Shown here in pieces: positions 18,569-29,485 of a stretch of 64,000 nt of DNA. Both the position numbers and the translations under genes were made by a program. The notes beneath the pieces are model-generated. The model was given only the letters and a program-made list of their open reading frames with translations, did no database searches and was not told the origin of the DNA. This stretch comes from Candidatus Omnitrophota bacterium (lineage in GTDB: Bacteria > Omnitrophota > Gorgyraeia > Gygaellales > JBFMHM01), in NCBI GenBank assembly GCA_040753015.1, contig JBFMHM010000001.1, forward strand, positions 82,731 through 146,730, read 5' to 3'. Numbering within the stretch: the first letter of the stretch is position 1; every line of letters starts with the position of its first letter.

Positions 18569-19738
18569 ATGGAAAATAATAGATTTATTGTCCATGTTGA
18601 TATGGACGCATTTTTTGCAAGCATAGAACAGCGCGATAATCCTGTATATCAGGGAAAACCAGTTGTTGTTGGCGCCAACCCAAAAGCAGGTAACGGCCGT
18701 GGTGTTGTTTCAACCTGCTCTTACGAAGCAAGAAAATTTGGCATACACTCCGCAATGCCAATTTCAATTGCTTATCGAAAATGCCCAAATGCAATATTTG
18801 TGCCAGTTAATTATTCAAAATATGTTGAAGTTTCCAACCAAATTGTTGATATATTTAACACATTTTCTCCGGATGTTGAACAAGTAAGCATTGACGAGGC
18901 ATTCATAGATATTAGCGACACATATAAACTGCATCATTCTGCCCATCAAACTTGTGTTGAAATGAAAAAGCAAATAAAAAAAGAAACCGGCTTAACTGCT
19001 TCTGTTGGCTTAGCGCCCACTAAAATGGCAGCGAAAATTGCATCAGGGCTTAAAAAACCAGATGGCCTAGTTGAAGTAACAAAAGATAAATTGCTTAATT
19101 TTCTTTGGCCCCTTGATGTTGACAAATTGTGGGGCATAGGAGAAAAAACAAAAATTGCTCTAAACCAAATGGGGATTTATAAAATAAAAGACCTGGCCCA
19201 AAAAACCAAAAATGAACTTATTAGTGTATTCGGCAAAAACGGAGCTTGGTTTTGGGAGGCAAGCCATGGCATAGATGAAAGCGAAGTTATAAGCGAACAT
19301 CAGACAAAATCAATCAGTAACGAAACTACATTTGAAAAAGATACCTCTGACAAAACAGAAATAGAAAGAGAGCTTGCCTGGCTTTGCGAGCTTGTCGCAA
19401 GCCGCCTGCGAAAAGAAATGTTTAAGTGCAGAACAATTACTTTAAAAATCCGCCTTGAAGGATTTCAAACTTATACACGCGCAAAAACAGTTGCAGAGCC
19501 AACTAACTTTCCTGAAATTCTAATTAAAGAAATAAAACAGCTTCTTGAGAACTTCAAACTGAACGATAAAAAGGTAAGGCTTTTAGGGGTGCGCACCTCA
19601 AACTTATCTAATGCCTCTGATGAACTTCTTTTTAAAACTAACGATGAAATAAAAAAAGAAAAAGTAAACAAAGCCGTAGATAAAATAAAAAATAAATTTG
19701 GCAAAAGTTGTATTTTGCGCGCAATTAGCGTAAAATAA
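18569..19738 (+). CDS. dinB: DNA polymerase IV
   Basis: HVDMDAFFAS, SYEARKFG, SIDEAF, AKIAS..KPDG. Confidence 0.95.
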   Translation: MENNRFIVHVDMDAFFASIEQRDNPVYQGKPVVVGANPKAGNGRGVVSTCSYEARKFGIHSAMPISIAYRKCPNAIFVPVNYSKYVEVSNQIVDIFNTFSPDVEQVSIDEAFIDISDTYKLHHSAHQTCVEMKKQIKKETGLTASVGLAPTKMAAKIASGLKKPDGLVEVTKDKLLNFLWPLDVDKLWGIGEKTKIALNQMGIYKIKDLAQKTKNELISVFGKNGAWFWEASHGIDESEVISEHQTKSISNETTFEKDTSDKTEIERELAWLCELVASRLRKEMFKCRTITLKIRLEGFQTYTRAKTVAEPTNFPEILIKEIKQLLENFKLNDKKVRLLGVRTSNLSNASDELLFKTNDEIKKEKVNKAVDKIKNKFGKSCILRAISVK

Positions 19739-19761
19739 ACTATAAAGATTACGAGGTATAT

Positions 19762-20244
19762 ATGCAAATTATAATAATGTATTATTCGAGGTCAGGCAAT
19801 ACTGAAAAATTAGCACACGAAATTGCAAAAGGCGTAGAGAAAGTAAAAGATATAAAATGTATAATAAAACCTTCATCAGCTATTACAAAAGACGACCTTA
19901 TAGCATCAGATGGCATAATTGCTGGCTCTCCAGTATATTTTGGCACAATGGCAGCAGAATTAAAACAAGTATTCGATAAATTTGTTGCAATACGCAAACA
20001 AATGGGTGATAAAATAGGCGCGGCATTCGCAACTTCCGGAGATAATTCCGGAGGCAAAGAAACAACGCTTATTTCAATCATACAAGCAATGCTAATATAC
20101 GGCATGATAATTGTAGGTGATCCGCTTGATGCAACCGGCCATTATGGGGTAAGCTGCACAGGCGCGCCGGATAGCAAAACCTGCCAAAATGCGTTTAAGC
20201 TTGGCAAACGCGTTGCAACTCTAGTAAAAAAATTAAAAAGCTAG
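19762..20244 (+). CDS. Flavodoxin / WrbA-like NAD(P)H oxidoreductase
   Basis: YYSRSGNT, GSPVYFG, SGGKETT. Confidence 0.88.
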   Translation: MQIIIMYYSRSGNTEKLAHEIAKGVEKVKDIKCIIKPSSAITKDDLIASDGIIAGSPVYFGTMAAELKQVFDKFVAIRKQMGDKIGAAFATSGDNSGGKETTLISIIQAMLIYGMIIVGDPLDATGHYGVSCTGAPDSKTCQNAFKLGKRVATLVKKLKS

Positions 20245-20246
20245 TA

Positions 20247-21458
20247 ATGTTTTCCTCTCCTGAATTAATTTCTCCAGCTGGCAGCTGGGCGTCACTACAA
20301 AGCGCAATAAAAGCTGGCGCAGACGCAGTTTATTTTGGTATAAAAGAATTAAATATGCGCGACTCAGCAGATAATTTCGATGTGCTTGAGATAAAAAAAA
20401 TAATGCAATTACTGCACAGCAATCAGAAAAAAGGCTATCTAACCCTAAACTGCCTTATTTATAATAATGAAATAGAAAAGCTAGAAAAAATTTTAGCGCA
20501 TGCTAAAGCTGCCAAAGTTGATGCAATAATTGCCTGGGATATGGCAGTAATAGAACTTGCCAAAAAATTTAACATACCTATACACCTATCAACACAGGCA
20601 AGCGTTTCAAATTTTCTTTCATTAAAGTTTTTCGTTAATCTTGGCATTAAAAGAATAGTTTTAGCCAGAGAATGTTCTCTTGCTGATATAAAAAATATGG
20701 TTGCTAAAATTAAGGCGTTTAAATTAGATTGCCAAATTGAAACATTTATTCATGGGGCAATGTGTGTTAGTATTTCAGGCAGGTGCCTATTGTCAGAGCA
20801 TGCCTTTGATAAATCAGCAAATAGAGGAGAATGCCTACAACCATGCCGTAGAGAATATTTGATTAAAGATAGTGAATTAGGCGATGAATATAATTTAGGC
20901 AAAAACTATATTCTTAGCACAAAAGACCTCTGCACAATTAATTTTATTGATAAACTAATAAAAGCAGGTGTAAGCGCATTTAAAATTGAGGGAAGAATGC
21001 GTTCTCCAGAATATGTCAGCACAGTCACTTTTACTTATCGGCAAGCAATTGATGCATTTTTTAAAGGTAAGCTAAATGCTGCATTAAAAAAATCATTGCG
21101 AAATAAACTAAAAACTGTTTTTAACCGCGATTTTGATGAAGGCTTTTATTTGTCACCTCCTAAAGAAACAGGCATTCCTAATGGCACAAGTGATTATGAA
21201 AAGATTTTTATCGGTGAAGTAAAGAATTTTTATAAGCGCATAAATGTTGCAGAGGTCTTGCTCTATAGCGGTAAAATTTCTCTAGGTGATAAAATACTAA
21301 TTTTTGGTAAAAAAACACCTGCTTTATTTATAAAAATTTCTGAACTGCAAATAGAACATAAAAATGTAGAAAACGCACAAAAAGGAGATTTAGTTGGAAT
21401 AAAAGTAAAATCTCCACTTAAGCCCAAAGATAAAGTTTTTCTATGGAGAAAAAAATAG
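20247..21458 (+). CDS. U32-family peptidase-like protein (probable RNA hydroxylation)
   Basis: ELISPAG, GADAVYFG, HLSTQ, HGAMCVSISGRC, NRGECLQPCR, KIEGR. Confidence 0.92.
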   Translation: MFSSPELISPAGSWASLQSAIKAGADAVYFGIKELNMRDSADNFDVLEIKKIMQLLHSNQKKGYLTLNCLIYNNEIEKLEKILAHAKAAKVDAIIAWDMAVIELAKKFNIPIHLSTQASVSNFLSLKFFVNLGIKRIVLARECSLADIKNMVAKIKAFKLDCQIETFIHGAMCVSISGRCLLSEHAFDKSANRGECLQPCRREYLIKDSELGDEYNLGKNYILSTKDLCTINFIDKLIKAGVSAFKIEGRMRSPEYVSTVTFTYRQAIDAFFKGKLNAALKKSLRNKLKTVFNRDFDEGFYLSPPKETGIPNGTSDYEKIFIGEVKNFYKRINVAEVLLYSGKISLGDKILIFGKKTPALFIKISELQIEHKNVENAQKGDLVGIKVKSPLKPKDKVFLWRKK

Positions 21459-21481
21459 AAGTGTTATAATAGCACAATAAT

Positions 21482-21949
21482 ATGAACAAAAAACTAAGTC
21501 AATTAATTATGGTATGGTTTTTGCCGCTAATAATTTTTGGTGGTTTATTTTTTTCGCTATTAGGCTACATTGTCTTTTTAATGATGATTTTTATGTTAAT
21601 TTTATCTTACTTTAAGGGGAGATTTTGGTGCTGGAATTTATGCCCGCGCGGAGCATTTTTAGATTTAGCCTTGAGTAAATTTAGCCGTAAAAATAAATTT
21701 CCAAAAATATTTTCTAGCATAAAGTTCAGGTGGGCTTTTTTTGCATTATTTATGTCGTTTTTTATTTTCCAATTAATCATCGCGCCTAAAAACATATATG
21801 CAATTGGCTTTGTATTTGTAAGAATGTGCTTATTAACTACCCTAATTGCAATTTTACTTGGCATTCCTTTATTAGAACGCGCATGGTGCATAATTTGCCC
21901 AATGGGCACACTGCAACACAAAATCTCACAATTAAATAAAAGAAAATAG
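21482..21949 (+). CDS. 4Fe-4S-binding membrane protein (NapH/RdxA-like)
   Basis: GRFWCWNLCPRG and RAWCIICPMG between TM segments. Confidence 0.8.
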   Translation: MNKKLSQLIMVWFLPLIIFGGLFFSLLGYIVFLMMIFMLILSYFKGRFWCWNLCPRGAFLDLALSKFSRKNKFPKIFSSIKFRWAFFALFMSFFIFQLIIAPKNIYAIGFVFVRMCLLTTLIAILLGIPLLERAWCIICPMGTLQHKISQLNKRK

Positions 21950-21967
21950 CTAAAAAACAGATTTATC

Positions 21968-21996
21968 TTGACTTCGTAACCTTTTGATGATACAGT
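21968..21996 (+). promoter_or_regulatory. Sigma-70 promoter for HU-hisS-aspS
   Basis: TTGACT, 17 bp, TACAGT with TG extension. Confidence 0.45.
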
Positions 21997-22080
21997 AGTT
22001 ATCGTAAATAAGCCCCTCGTTCCGACACTTGCCTTAACTCGGGGTCAATTTTACAAACCGAAATTGAGAGGACTAAAAAA

Positions 22081-22353
22081 ATGACAAAAAAAGATATTGT
22101 AATAAAAATTAGCGAGCAAACTGGGTTAAAACAAATTGATGTAAAAAAAGTAGTGCAAAAAACTTTTGACACTATAGTTGATGCATTATCAAAGGGCGAG
22201 AAGATTGAATTGCGTAATTTTGGCGTATTTAAGACAAAAGAGCGCCGGGCGCGAGCTGGTAGGAATCCCCGTACAGGCGAAATCGTCCCTGTACCCGCAA
22301 GAAAAGTAGTCGTGTTCAAATCTGGCCTTGTAATGAAACAACAAACAAAATAA
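22081..22353 (+). CDS. HU/IHF family DNA-binding protein
   Basis: MTKKDIV, IELRNFGVF, GRNPRTGE. Confidence 0.95.
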   Translation: MTKKDIVIKISEQTGLKQIDVKKVVQKTFDTIVDALSKGEKIELRNFGVFKTKERRARAGRNPRTGEIVPVPARKVVVFKSGLVMKQQTK

Positions 22354-22371
22354 TCCCTTCTTAGTAAATTA

Positions 22372-23619
22372 ATGTATACTTCACCCAGAGGAACGCAAGA
22401 CAGGATAGGTCAAGATTTAACCGTTTTAAGATTTATAGAAAAACAGGCCCGCCAAATTTTTAAAAAATATAATTACAATGAAATCTCAACCCCAATAATT
22501 GAAGAAGAAAAACTTTTCATGCGTTCGCTTGGTAAAACTACAGAAGTTGTAAAAAAACAAATGCTCACAATCAAAAAAAGCGGAGAAACACTTGTGCTTA
22601 GGCCTGAAGCGACTGCTGGTGTAATCAGAGCTTATCTAGAAAATAACCTTGATAAATGCGGCGAATTCACTAAATTATTTTATATTGGCCAAATGTACCG
22701 CGGAGAACGGCCACAAAAAGGCCGACTACGAGAATTTTATCAATTCGGCGTTGAGGCAATAGGCAGCAGTAGTCCATTTATTGATGCTGAAGTAATTGCA
22801 TTAGCCAGTCAAATCCTTGATAACATAAATGTCTGCGGATACAGAATCATCATAAATACGCTTGGCTGCTTAAATGATAAAGATAAATTTGCACAAATTC
22901 TTAAGAAAATATTATCTACAAAAATAAAAATATTTTGCCCAGACTGCAAGCGCCGTATAAAAGAGAATGTCTTTCGTGTGCTTGACTGTAAAAATGAAAC
23001 ATGTAAAGAAGCAGTAAGAAATTTAAATATCAACAGAAAAGATTATCTTTGCAATGACTGCCAGAACCATTATGAAAGCGTAAAAGATAATTTAAAACAA
23101 ATTGATATAGGTTTTGAAGAAGATATTTGCTTGGTCCGCGGGCTTGATTATTATACAAAAACTGTATTTGAAATTAAACATGCCTCGCTGGGGTCACAAG
23201 ATACACTTGGTGCAGGCGGAAGATATGACAACTTGGTTCAAGAGCTCGGAGGAAAACCTACTGCAGCAGTTGGCTTTGCTTTCGGTATCGAACGTGTAAT
23301 TTTAGTCAGCGATATAGCTGAAAAAATCAAGGATCAGGAAGAAAAATTACGAGTATTTATTGCATGCCTTGGAGACAATGCATTAAAGTGTGGATTTAAA
23401 TTACTGCAAAATTTGAGAAAAAATAATATCAACGCAGAAGCTGATTTACGCCAGAGTTCTTTAAAATCTCAAATGCGCCAGGCGAATAAATTAAATGCAA
23501 GATTTGTTATAATTATCGGGGATAATGAACTAGAAAAAGGAACCGTAGTATTAAAAAATATGGCTTCGGGAGAACAGAAAGAAATAAAGAAAGAAGAATT
23601 GATAGGAGCAATATGTTAA
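22372..23619 (+). CDS. hisS: Histidine--tRNA ligase
   Basis: PRGTQD, LRPEATA, ERPQKGRLREF, LVRGLDYY, GGRYD. Confidence 0.97.
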   Translation: MYTSPRGTQDRIGQDLTVLRFIEKQARQIFKKYNYNEISTPIIEEEKLFMRSLGKTTEVVKKQMLTIKKSGETLVLRPEATAGVIRAYLENNLDKCGEFTKLFYIGQMYRGERPQKGRLREFYQFGVEAIGSSSPFIDAEVIALASQILDNINVCGYRIIINTLGCLNDKDKFAQILKKILSTKIKIFCPDCKRRIKENVFRVLDCKNETCKEAVRNLNINRKDYLCNDCQNHYESVKDNLKQIDIGFEEDICLVRGLDYYTKTVFEIKHASLGSQDTLGAGGRYDNLVQELGGKPTAAVGFAFGIERVILVSDIAEKIKDQEEKLRVFIACLGDNALKCGFKLLQNLRKNNINAEADLRQSSLKSQMRQANKLNARFVIIIGDNELEKGTVVLKNMASGEQKEIKKEELIGAIC

Positions 23620-24998
23620 GAACACATACATGCAATGAATTAAATATAAATAATCTAGATAAAGAAGTTATTTTATGCGGTTGGGTACACAGAAGAAGGG
23701 ATCATGGAAAATTAATTTTTATTGATTTAAGAGATAGATACGGAATAACTCAAGTTGTATTTTTCCCAGATAAAAAAAACCCCATCCTTTATGAAAGGGC
23801 TCAAACATTGCGTTCGGAATTCGTAATATCTGTTAAGGGTAAAGTTGGAAAAAGGCCAAAAGGTAACGAGAACCCAAATATTGCTACAGGTGAAATCGAG
23901 CTTCAATCGCTAGAATTACAGATATTAAATACCTCTGAAACTCCGCCATTTGAGATTGATGAAAATCTAGATATAACAGAGGAACTTCGCTTAAAATATC
24001 GCTATCTTGACTTAAGGCGCTGTAATGTTTTAAATAATCTTATAACCAGGTCAAATGTTTGCAATATAATCCGCAAAATACTTTTAAAAGAAAATTTTGT
24101 AGAAGTAGAAACGCCAATTTTAACCAAGTCTACGCCTGAAGGTGCGCGCGATTATCTAGTGCCATCAAGATTAAACCCAGGACATTTTTATGCCCTGCCG
24201 CAATCTCCGCAGTTATTTAAACAAATCCTTATGGTAGGCGGAATGGATCGTTATTTTCAGATTGCGAAATGTTTCCGCGATGAAGACTTAAGAGCAGATA
24301 GGCAACCAGAATTTACACAGCTCGACCTAGAAATGTCATTTGTCGATGAAAACGATATCTATTGTATAATTGAAGAAATTTTTAAACAAATTTTTAAACT
24401 GGTAAAAGGCATTGATATAAAAACTCCGTTTAGGAAAATAACATATGATGAAGCAATATCAAAATATAATTCTGATAAACCAGACCTGCGGCCTGAGACA
24501 AAAGAAGAATTTAGTTTTACATGGATCGTAGATTTTCCGCTATTTAAATACAATGAAGATGAAAAAAGATGGGAATCCGAACATCATCCATTTACAGCAC
24601 CAGCAATCGAAGAATTAGATAAACTGTGCCTGGATGATCTATCGAAAATAAAATCCCGCTCTTACGATCTTGTATTAAACGGCCAAGAGATTGGATCTGG
24701 ATCAATCAGGATACATAGTCAAGATTTACAAGAAAAGATTTTTGAAATAATTGGTATAAATAAAGAAGAGGCAAAAGTAAGATTTGGATTTATGCTTGAG
24801 GCGTTTAAATATGGCGCGCCGCCGCATGGAGGTTTTGCTTTTGGACTAGATAGACTACTTGCAATTCTTTGTAATTCTGAGACTATAAGGAATGTGATCG
24901 CATTCCCAAAGACACAGAAAGCAGCATGCTCCATGACTGAAGCCCCAAGCACAGTAGACATAAAACAATTAAAGGAATTAGGAATTGATATAAAGTAG
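23613..24998 (+). CDS. aspS: Aspartate--tRNA ligase, compact (no GAD domain), probably non-discriminating
   Basis: RTHTC, RRRDHG, TPEGARDY, LPQSPQ, FRDED, HHPFT, PPHGG; 461 aa. Confidence 0.95.
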   Translation: MLRTHTCNELNINNLDKEVILCGWVHRRRDHGKLIFIDLRDRYGITQVVFFPDKKNPILYERAQTLRSEFVISVKGKVGKRPKGNENPNIATGEIELQSLELQILNTSETPPFEIDENLDITEELRLKYRYLDLRRCNVLNNLITRSNVCNIIRKILLKENFVEVETPILTKSTPEGARDYLVPSRLNPGHFYALPQSPQLFKQILMVGGMDRYFQIAKCFRDEDLRADRQPEFTQLDLEMSFVDENDIYCIIEEIFKQIFKLVKGIDIKTPFRKITYDEAISKYNSDKPDLRPETKEEFSFTWIVDFPLFKYNEDEKRWESEHHPFTAPAIEELDKLCLDDLSKIKSRSYDLVLNGQEIGSGSIRIHSQDLQEKIFEIIGINKEEAKVRFGFMLEAFKYGAPPHGGFAFGLDRLLAILCNSETIRNVIAFPKTQKAACSMTEAPSTVDIKQLKELGIDIK

Positions 24999-25018
24999 AG
25001 GCACATACGAGGAGAATT

Positions 25019-25267
25019 ATGAAAAATATAAATATATTTTTGTTAATGATGTTCACTGTACTGCTTGTATCGGGTTGTCTTATGCGGACTTATTCTATAA
25101 AAAAAGAACGTGTTGATCAAACTATATCTGGCAACTGCGGTTATATTACAGGAACTCCCAGCGATAAAGAAAAACAGCCGTCAAATAAAACACATCGCCA
25201 GATAAATATATTAGAGATAGAATTAGGGCCGCACAACATTGATGGAACAACTAATACAATAAAATAA
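25019..25267 (+). CDS. Small lipoprotein
   Basis: Lipobox LVSGC after a hydrophobic signal; GAGGAG RBS. Confidence 0.7.
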   Translation: MKNINIFLLMMFTVLLVSGCLMRTYSIKKERVDQTISGNCGYITGTPSDKEKQPSNKTHRQINILEIELGPHNIDGTTNTIK

Positions 25268-25272
25268 TTTTT

Positions 25273-26637
25273 ATGCAAAGATTGCTTCCGGAAAGTAAAA
25301 ATAAAATATCTACGCTTATTGGATATTTTATCCTGCTAACATCAGCCTATCTTTTAGGTTTTAACATGCTTGTTGTGTTTTTTATTATTGGTATCCTAAG
25401 CTACCTATGGCTTTCATCTAAAAAAATAAAATATAACTTATATCAGTTTAGTCTTTTAATTTTACTCCTTCTTTTCGCAAGCAAGTTAATTATAGAAAAT
25501 AAGCTTTCGGCATACTTTATTCCAATTTCTGCAATTGCAATGTTAGCTACATTATTATTCAATAACCTCAATATTGCATTTTTAATGACAATTATATCAT
25601 CCATACTAGTATCACTTTTTATTAGAAGCGATCTTTACTTATTTTTAATATTCTTAATTTCTGGCATCACGAGCGTTATCCTAAGCTTTAAGGCGAGAAG
25701 GCGCATACAAATTATAAATGCAGGGATCATAGTTGGGATAGTTCAAGTTATATGTATTTTATTTGTTAATGATTTTCAAATTTTAGATTTTAAGCGCTCG
25801 ATTCTGCCTAGTATATTAAATGGCTTCTTATCAAGTATTTTTGTTCTAGGTACATTGCCAATTTTTGAATATCTATTCGGCGTTTTAACTGATATAAGTT
25901 TATTAGAACTGACCGATTTTAATCATCCTCTGCTAAAAAGACTTACATTAGAAGCACCCGGCACATATCACCACTCGCTTATTGTAGGCAATCTTAGCGA
26001 AGCTGCTTGTGATGCAATAGGGGCCAATTCTCTTTTGGCCAGGGTAGGCGCATACTATCACGATATTGGCAAACTAGCCAAACCTGAATATTTCAACGAA
26101 AACCAACTTAAAACAAATAAACATGATAACATTTCTCCGAATTTAAGCAGGATGATTATCATGAACCATGTTAAAGAAGGCATTAACCTTGGAAAAAAAT
26201 ATAGGATTAATCCTATAATCTCAAGTTTTATTGAACAGCATCATGGCACAAGCATGATCTATTATTTTTATCGCAAAGCGCAAGAAACGGGATTAGATAA
26301 GAATATTAAAGAAGATGCGTTTAGATACCAAGGGCCGAAACCAAAAACTATTGAAACAGCGGTCGTTCTTTTGGCAGATTCTGCTGAAGCTGCAACTCGC
26401 GCAATAGAAGATCCAACTCCTTCAAAAATTCAAGAAACGGTACATAAAATAATTAATAATAAATTTACTGACGGCCAACTTGATGAATGCGAATTAACCT
26501 TAAAAGACTTAGAAAAAATTGCCAAAACTTTTATCCGCCTTCTTAATGTCGTATATCATACAAGAATAGAATATCCTGATGAAAATAAAGCTGCAAAACA
26601 TACAGAAAAAAATTTGCCTAAACCAAAAAATAATTAA
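25273..26637 (+). CDS. 7TM-HD phosphohydrolase (PgpH-like)
   Basis: Seven TMs then APGTYHHS, YYHDIGK, HHGT, LADS.EAA. Confidence 0.9.
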   Translation: MQRLLPESKNKISTLIGYFILLTSAYLLGFNMLVVFFIIGILSYLWLSSKKIKYNLYQFSLLILLLLFASKLIIENKLSAYFIPISAIAMLATLLFNNLNIAFLMTIISSILVSLFIRSDLYLFLIFLISGITSVILSFKARRRIQIINAGIIVGIVQVICILFVNDFQILDFKRSILPSILNGFLSSIFVLGTLPIFEYLFGVLTDISLLELTDFNHPLLKRLTLEAPGTYHHSLIVGNLSEAACDAIGANSLLARVGAYYHDIGKLAKPEYFNENQLKTNKHDNISPNLSRMIIMNHVKEGINLGKKYRINPIISSFIEQHHGTSMIYYFYRKAQETGLDKNIKEDAFRYQGPKPKTIETAVVLLADSAEAATRAIEDPTPSKIQETVHKIINNKFTDGQLDECELTLKDLEKIAKTFIRLLNVVYHTRIEYPDENKAAKHTEKNLPKPKNN

Positions 26638-27031
26638 TGAGGCAATAAAAAAGTTAGAGAAAATTAAATTATTTAAAAACTATTCATTTTCAGTTTCGCT
26701 TATTTCTAATAATCAAATAAAAAAAATAAATAAAGATTATCATAAAAAAAATTATCCTACAGATGTACTTAGCTTTGAAATAAACCAACCTGAATTTATT
26801 AAAAAGAAGGTAAAAGTCTTCGATGGCGACATCATAATATCTGTTGATACCGCAAAGGATAATTCTAAAATCTATAATAAAAGCATAGAAGAAGAAATTT
26901 TACTTTATATTATTCACGGCATATTACACCTAACTGGTTTTAACGATAAAACAAGGAAAGAGGCAGAAATAATGCATAAAAAACAAGAAAAAATTCTAAA
27001 TAAAGTTATAAAGATTAAGAATCAAGGATAA
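26579..27031 (+). CDS. ybeY: rRNA maturation endoribonuclease YbeY
   Basis: PTDVLSF, GDIIIS, HGILHLTGF. Confidence 0.92.
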   Translation: MKIKLQNIQKKICLNQKIINEAIKKLEKIKLFKNYSFSVSLISNNQIKKINKDYHKKNYPTDVLSFEINQPEFIKKKVKVFDGDIIISVDTAKDNSKIYNKSIEEEILLYIIHGILHLTGFNDKTRKEAEIMHKKQEKILNKVIKIKNQG

Positions 27032-27774
27032 TGGCTATTGTTAAGACTGAAGCGTTTGTATTAAATAAAAAAGATTTACGCGAAACAAGCATACTAGCGA
27101 CTTTTTTAACAAGAAATTTTGGTAAAATAAAGGGAGAACTAAAAGGTATAAGAACAACCCCTAAAAAATTCGGCTCAAGCCTTGAAATCGGCTCTTTAAA
27201 TGAAATTGTTTTTTATCAAAAACGTAGCCTTATACACCTAATTGATCAATGTGATTTAAAAGAAAGTTTTGATTTTATAAAAACGAATCATAAAATAATG
27301 TCTTTAGCATTTTATTTAATTGAATTAATTGACCTAATCATGCCGCTTGAAGAAAGAAATGAAGCTGTGTTTGATTTATTAAATAAGAGTTTAATTGCTT
27401 TATCAACAAAAGATGCGCTTAATTCACTGCATATATTCCAAATTAAACTATTAAAATTATCGGGGTTTAAACCTCATATTGACTCTTGCTTGTCATGCAA
27501 CAACGATATCGGGCAAAACTGCGCTTTATTCAGTTTAAGGTTAGGCGGGCTGCTTTGTCAAAATTGTTCCACGCGGGATAAAAATGCAAATCCAATTCTT
27601 GGAGGTACTATTGCATCTTTAAAACATATCGAAAAAAGTGACTGGCCAGGATCACTTCGCCTTAAATTAATGCCTGCTATACATAATGAATTGAATAAAC
27701 TCTTATTTAGTTTTTTTGATTTTCATTTAGAAAAACATCCTAGAAGTATAAAATTTTTGAAATATGCTGAATAA
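27031..27774 (+). CDS. recO: DNA repair protein RecO
   Basis: N-terminal OB fold, CLSC..GGLLCQNC zinc finger. Confidence 0.92.
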   Translation: MAIVKTEAFVLNKKDLRETSILATFLTRNFGKIKGELKGIRTTPKKFGSSLEIGSLNEIVFYQKRSLIHLIDQCDLKESFDFIKTNHKIMSLAFYLIELIDLIMPLEERNEAVFDLLNKSLIALSTKDALNSLHIFQIKLLKLSGFKPHIDSCLSCNNDIGQNCALFSLRLGGLLCQNCSTRDKNANPILGGTIASLKHIEKSDWPGSLRLKLMPAIHNELNKLLFSFFDFHLEKHPRSIKFLKYAE

Positions 27775-29485
27775 ACAAGTTGCAGATATATTTAATGAAA
27801 TAGCTAAAATTCTTGAGCTAAAAGGAGATAACGTATTTAGAATACGCGCCTACGGACGGGCTGCATTAAATATTGAATCGCTTGATGAAGATTTAAAAAA
27901 AATAGTAGATGAAGATAGGCTAGATAAAATCCCAGGGGTTGGCAAAGACCTGGCTGAAAAAATTAGGGAAATCGCAAAAACTGGAAAATTGAAATCTCTA
28001 GATGAATTAAAAAGAACCGTTCCTTACGGCCTTATCGAAATGTTAGATATACCTGGTATTGGACCAAAAAAAATAAAACTATTTTATGATAAATTAAAAA
28101 TTAAGAACATTGGAGAACTTCAAGAAAAGGCAAAAACCAAACAACTCCTAAAACTAGAAGGCATAAAAGAAAAAACAATTTATAACATTTTAAAAGGAAT
28201 TGAAATATTTAAAAAGGGCAAAGAGCGAATGCCACTAGCAACTGCAATAAAAATTGCAAATGAATTTATTGAAGAGTTAAAAAAAATACCATATATAAAA
28301 AAAATTATGCCTGCTGGCTCTCTCCGCCGTTGTAAAGAGAGTATTCGCGATATCGATATTCTGGTAATTTCAAAAAAACCTCACGAAGTTATGGATGCAT
28401 TTACAAAATTACCACAGGTTACTCGAATTATTGCCAAAGGCCAAACGAAATCATCTGTCTTAACAAGCGACAATACTCAAGTAGACCTACGAGTCCTAGA
28501 AGAGAGCTCTTACGGCGCAGCTTTAATTTATTTTACTGGATCAAAAGAATTTAATATAAAACTGCGGCAACTTGCAATTAAAAAAAATTTTAAAATTAAT
28601 GAATATGGCATATTCTCTGCGAAGGGGAAGAATAATAAACGAATTGCCGGTAAAACAGAAGAAGAATTATTTAAAACGCTTGGGCTTAAATATATTGAAC
28701 CAGAATTAAGAGAAGACCGAGGAGAAATTGAAGCAGCGCAAAAAAATAAACTGCCGAAACTAATTGAACTTAAAGATATAATCGGTGACTTTCATGTGCA
28801 TTCAAAATGGTCTGACGGTAAAAGCACAATCCAAGAAATGGCCGAAACGGCGCAAAAATTAGGGCTTAAATACATTAATTCAACGGACCACTCTAAAAGT
28901 CTAAAAATTGCGCGCGGATTATCAATAGCAGACTTAAAAAAGAAAAGAAAAGAAATTGATAAATTAAATAAAAAAAACAAGAATTTCAACATTCTTTTTG
29001 GCACAGAAGTTGATATTGATAGCAATGGAAAAATAGACTATCCAAATGAAGTTTTAAAACAGTTTGATGTTGTTGTTGCAGGAATTCATACGGGCTTTAA
29101 GCAATCAAGAGAGAGGCTTACAAGAAGAATAGTTATGGCTTGCCAAAATAAATATGTCCATATAATTGCTCATCCCAGCGGCCGGCTTTGGGGACAAAGA
29201 GAAGCCTATGATTTAGATTTTGAACAAATACTAAAAATATGCAGCGAAACTAATACAGCCCTAGAAGTCAGCGCATCTCCGAGCAGGCTTGACCTTAATG
29301 ATATAAATGCCCGAATGGCCAAAGAAAAAAAAGTAATGCTAGCTATTGGAAGTGATTCACATATTTATGAACAATTAACTTCACTAAAATTTGGCATAAT
29401 GGTGGCCCGGCGCGCATGGTTAGAAAAAAAAGATGTCTTAAATACCTTAGAGGTTAATGAATTATTAAGGAGAATTAAAAAATGA
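27764..29485 (+). CDS. polX: DNA polymerase X / PHP 3'-5' exonuclease
   Basis: GSLRR, DIDIL, YFTGSK, HVHSKWSDG, AHPSGR, DSH. Confidence 0.93.
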   Translation: MLNKQVADIFNEIAKILELKGDNVFRIRAYGRAALNIESLDEDLKKIVDEDRLDKIPGVGKDLAEKIREIAKTGKLKSLDELKRTVPYGLIEMLDIPGIGPKKIKLFYDKLKIKNIGELQEKAKTKQLLKLEGIKEKTIYNILKGIEIFKKGKERMPLATAIKIANEFIEELKKIPYIKKIMPAGSLRRCKESIRDIDILVISKKPHEVMDAFTKLPQVTRIIAKGQTKSSVLTSDNTQVDLRVLEESSYGAALIYFTGSKEFNIKLRQLAIKKNFKINEYGIFSAKGKNNKRIAGKTEEELFKTLGLKYIEPELREDRGEIEAAQKNKLPKLIELKDIIGDFHVHSKWSDGKSTIQEMAETAQKLGLKYINSTDHSKSLKIARGLSIADLKKKRKEIDKLNKKNKNFNILFGTEVDIDSNGKIDYPNEVLKQFDVVVAGIHTGFKQSRERLTRRIVMACQNKYVHIIAHPSGRLWGQREAYDLDFEQILKICSETNTALEVSASPSRLDLNDINARMAKEKKVMLAIGSDSHIYEQLTSLKFGIMVARRAWLEKKDVLNTLEVNELLRRIKK

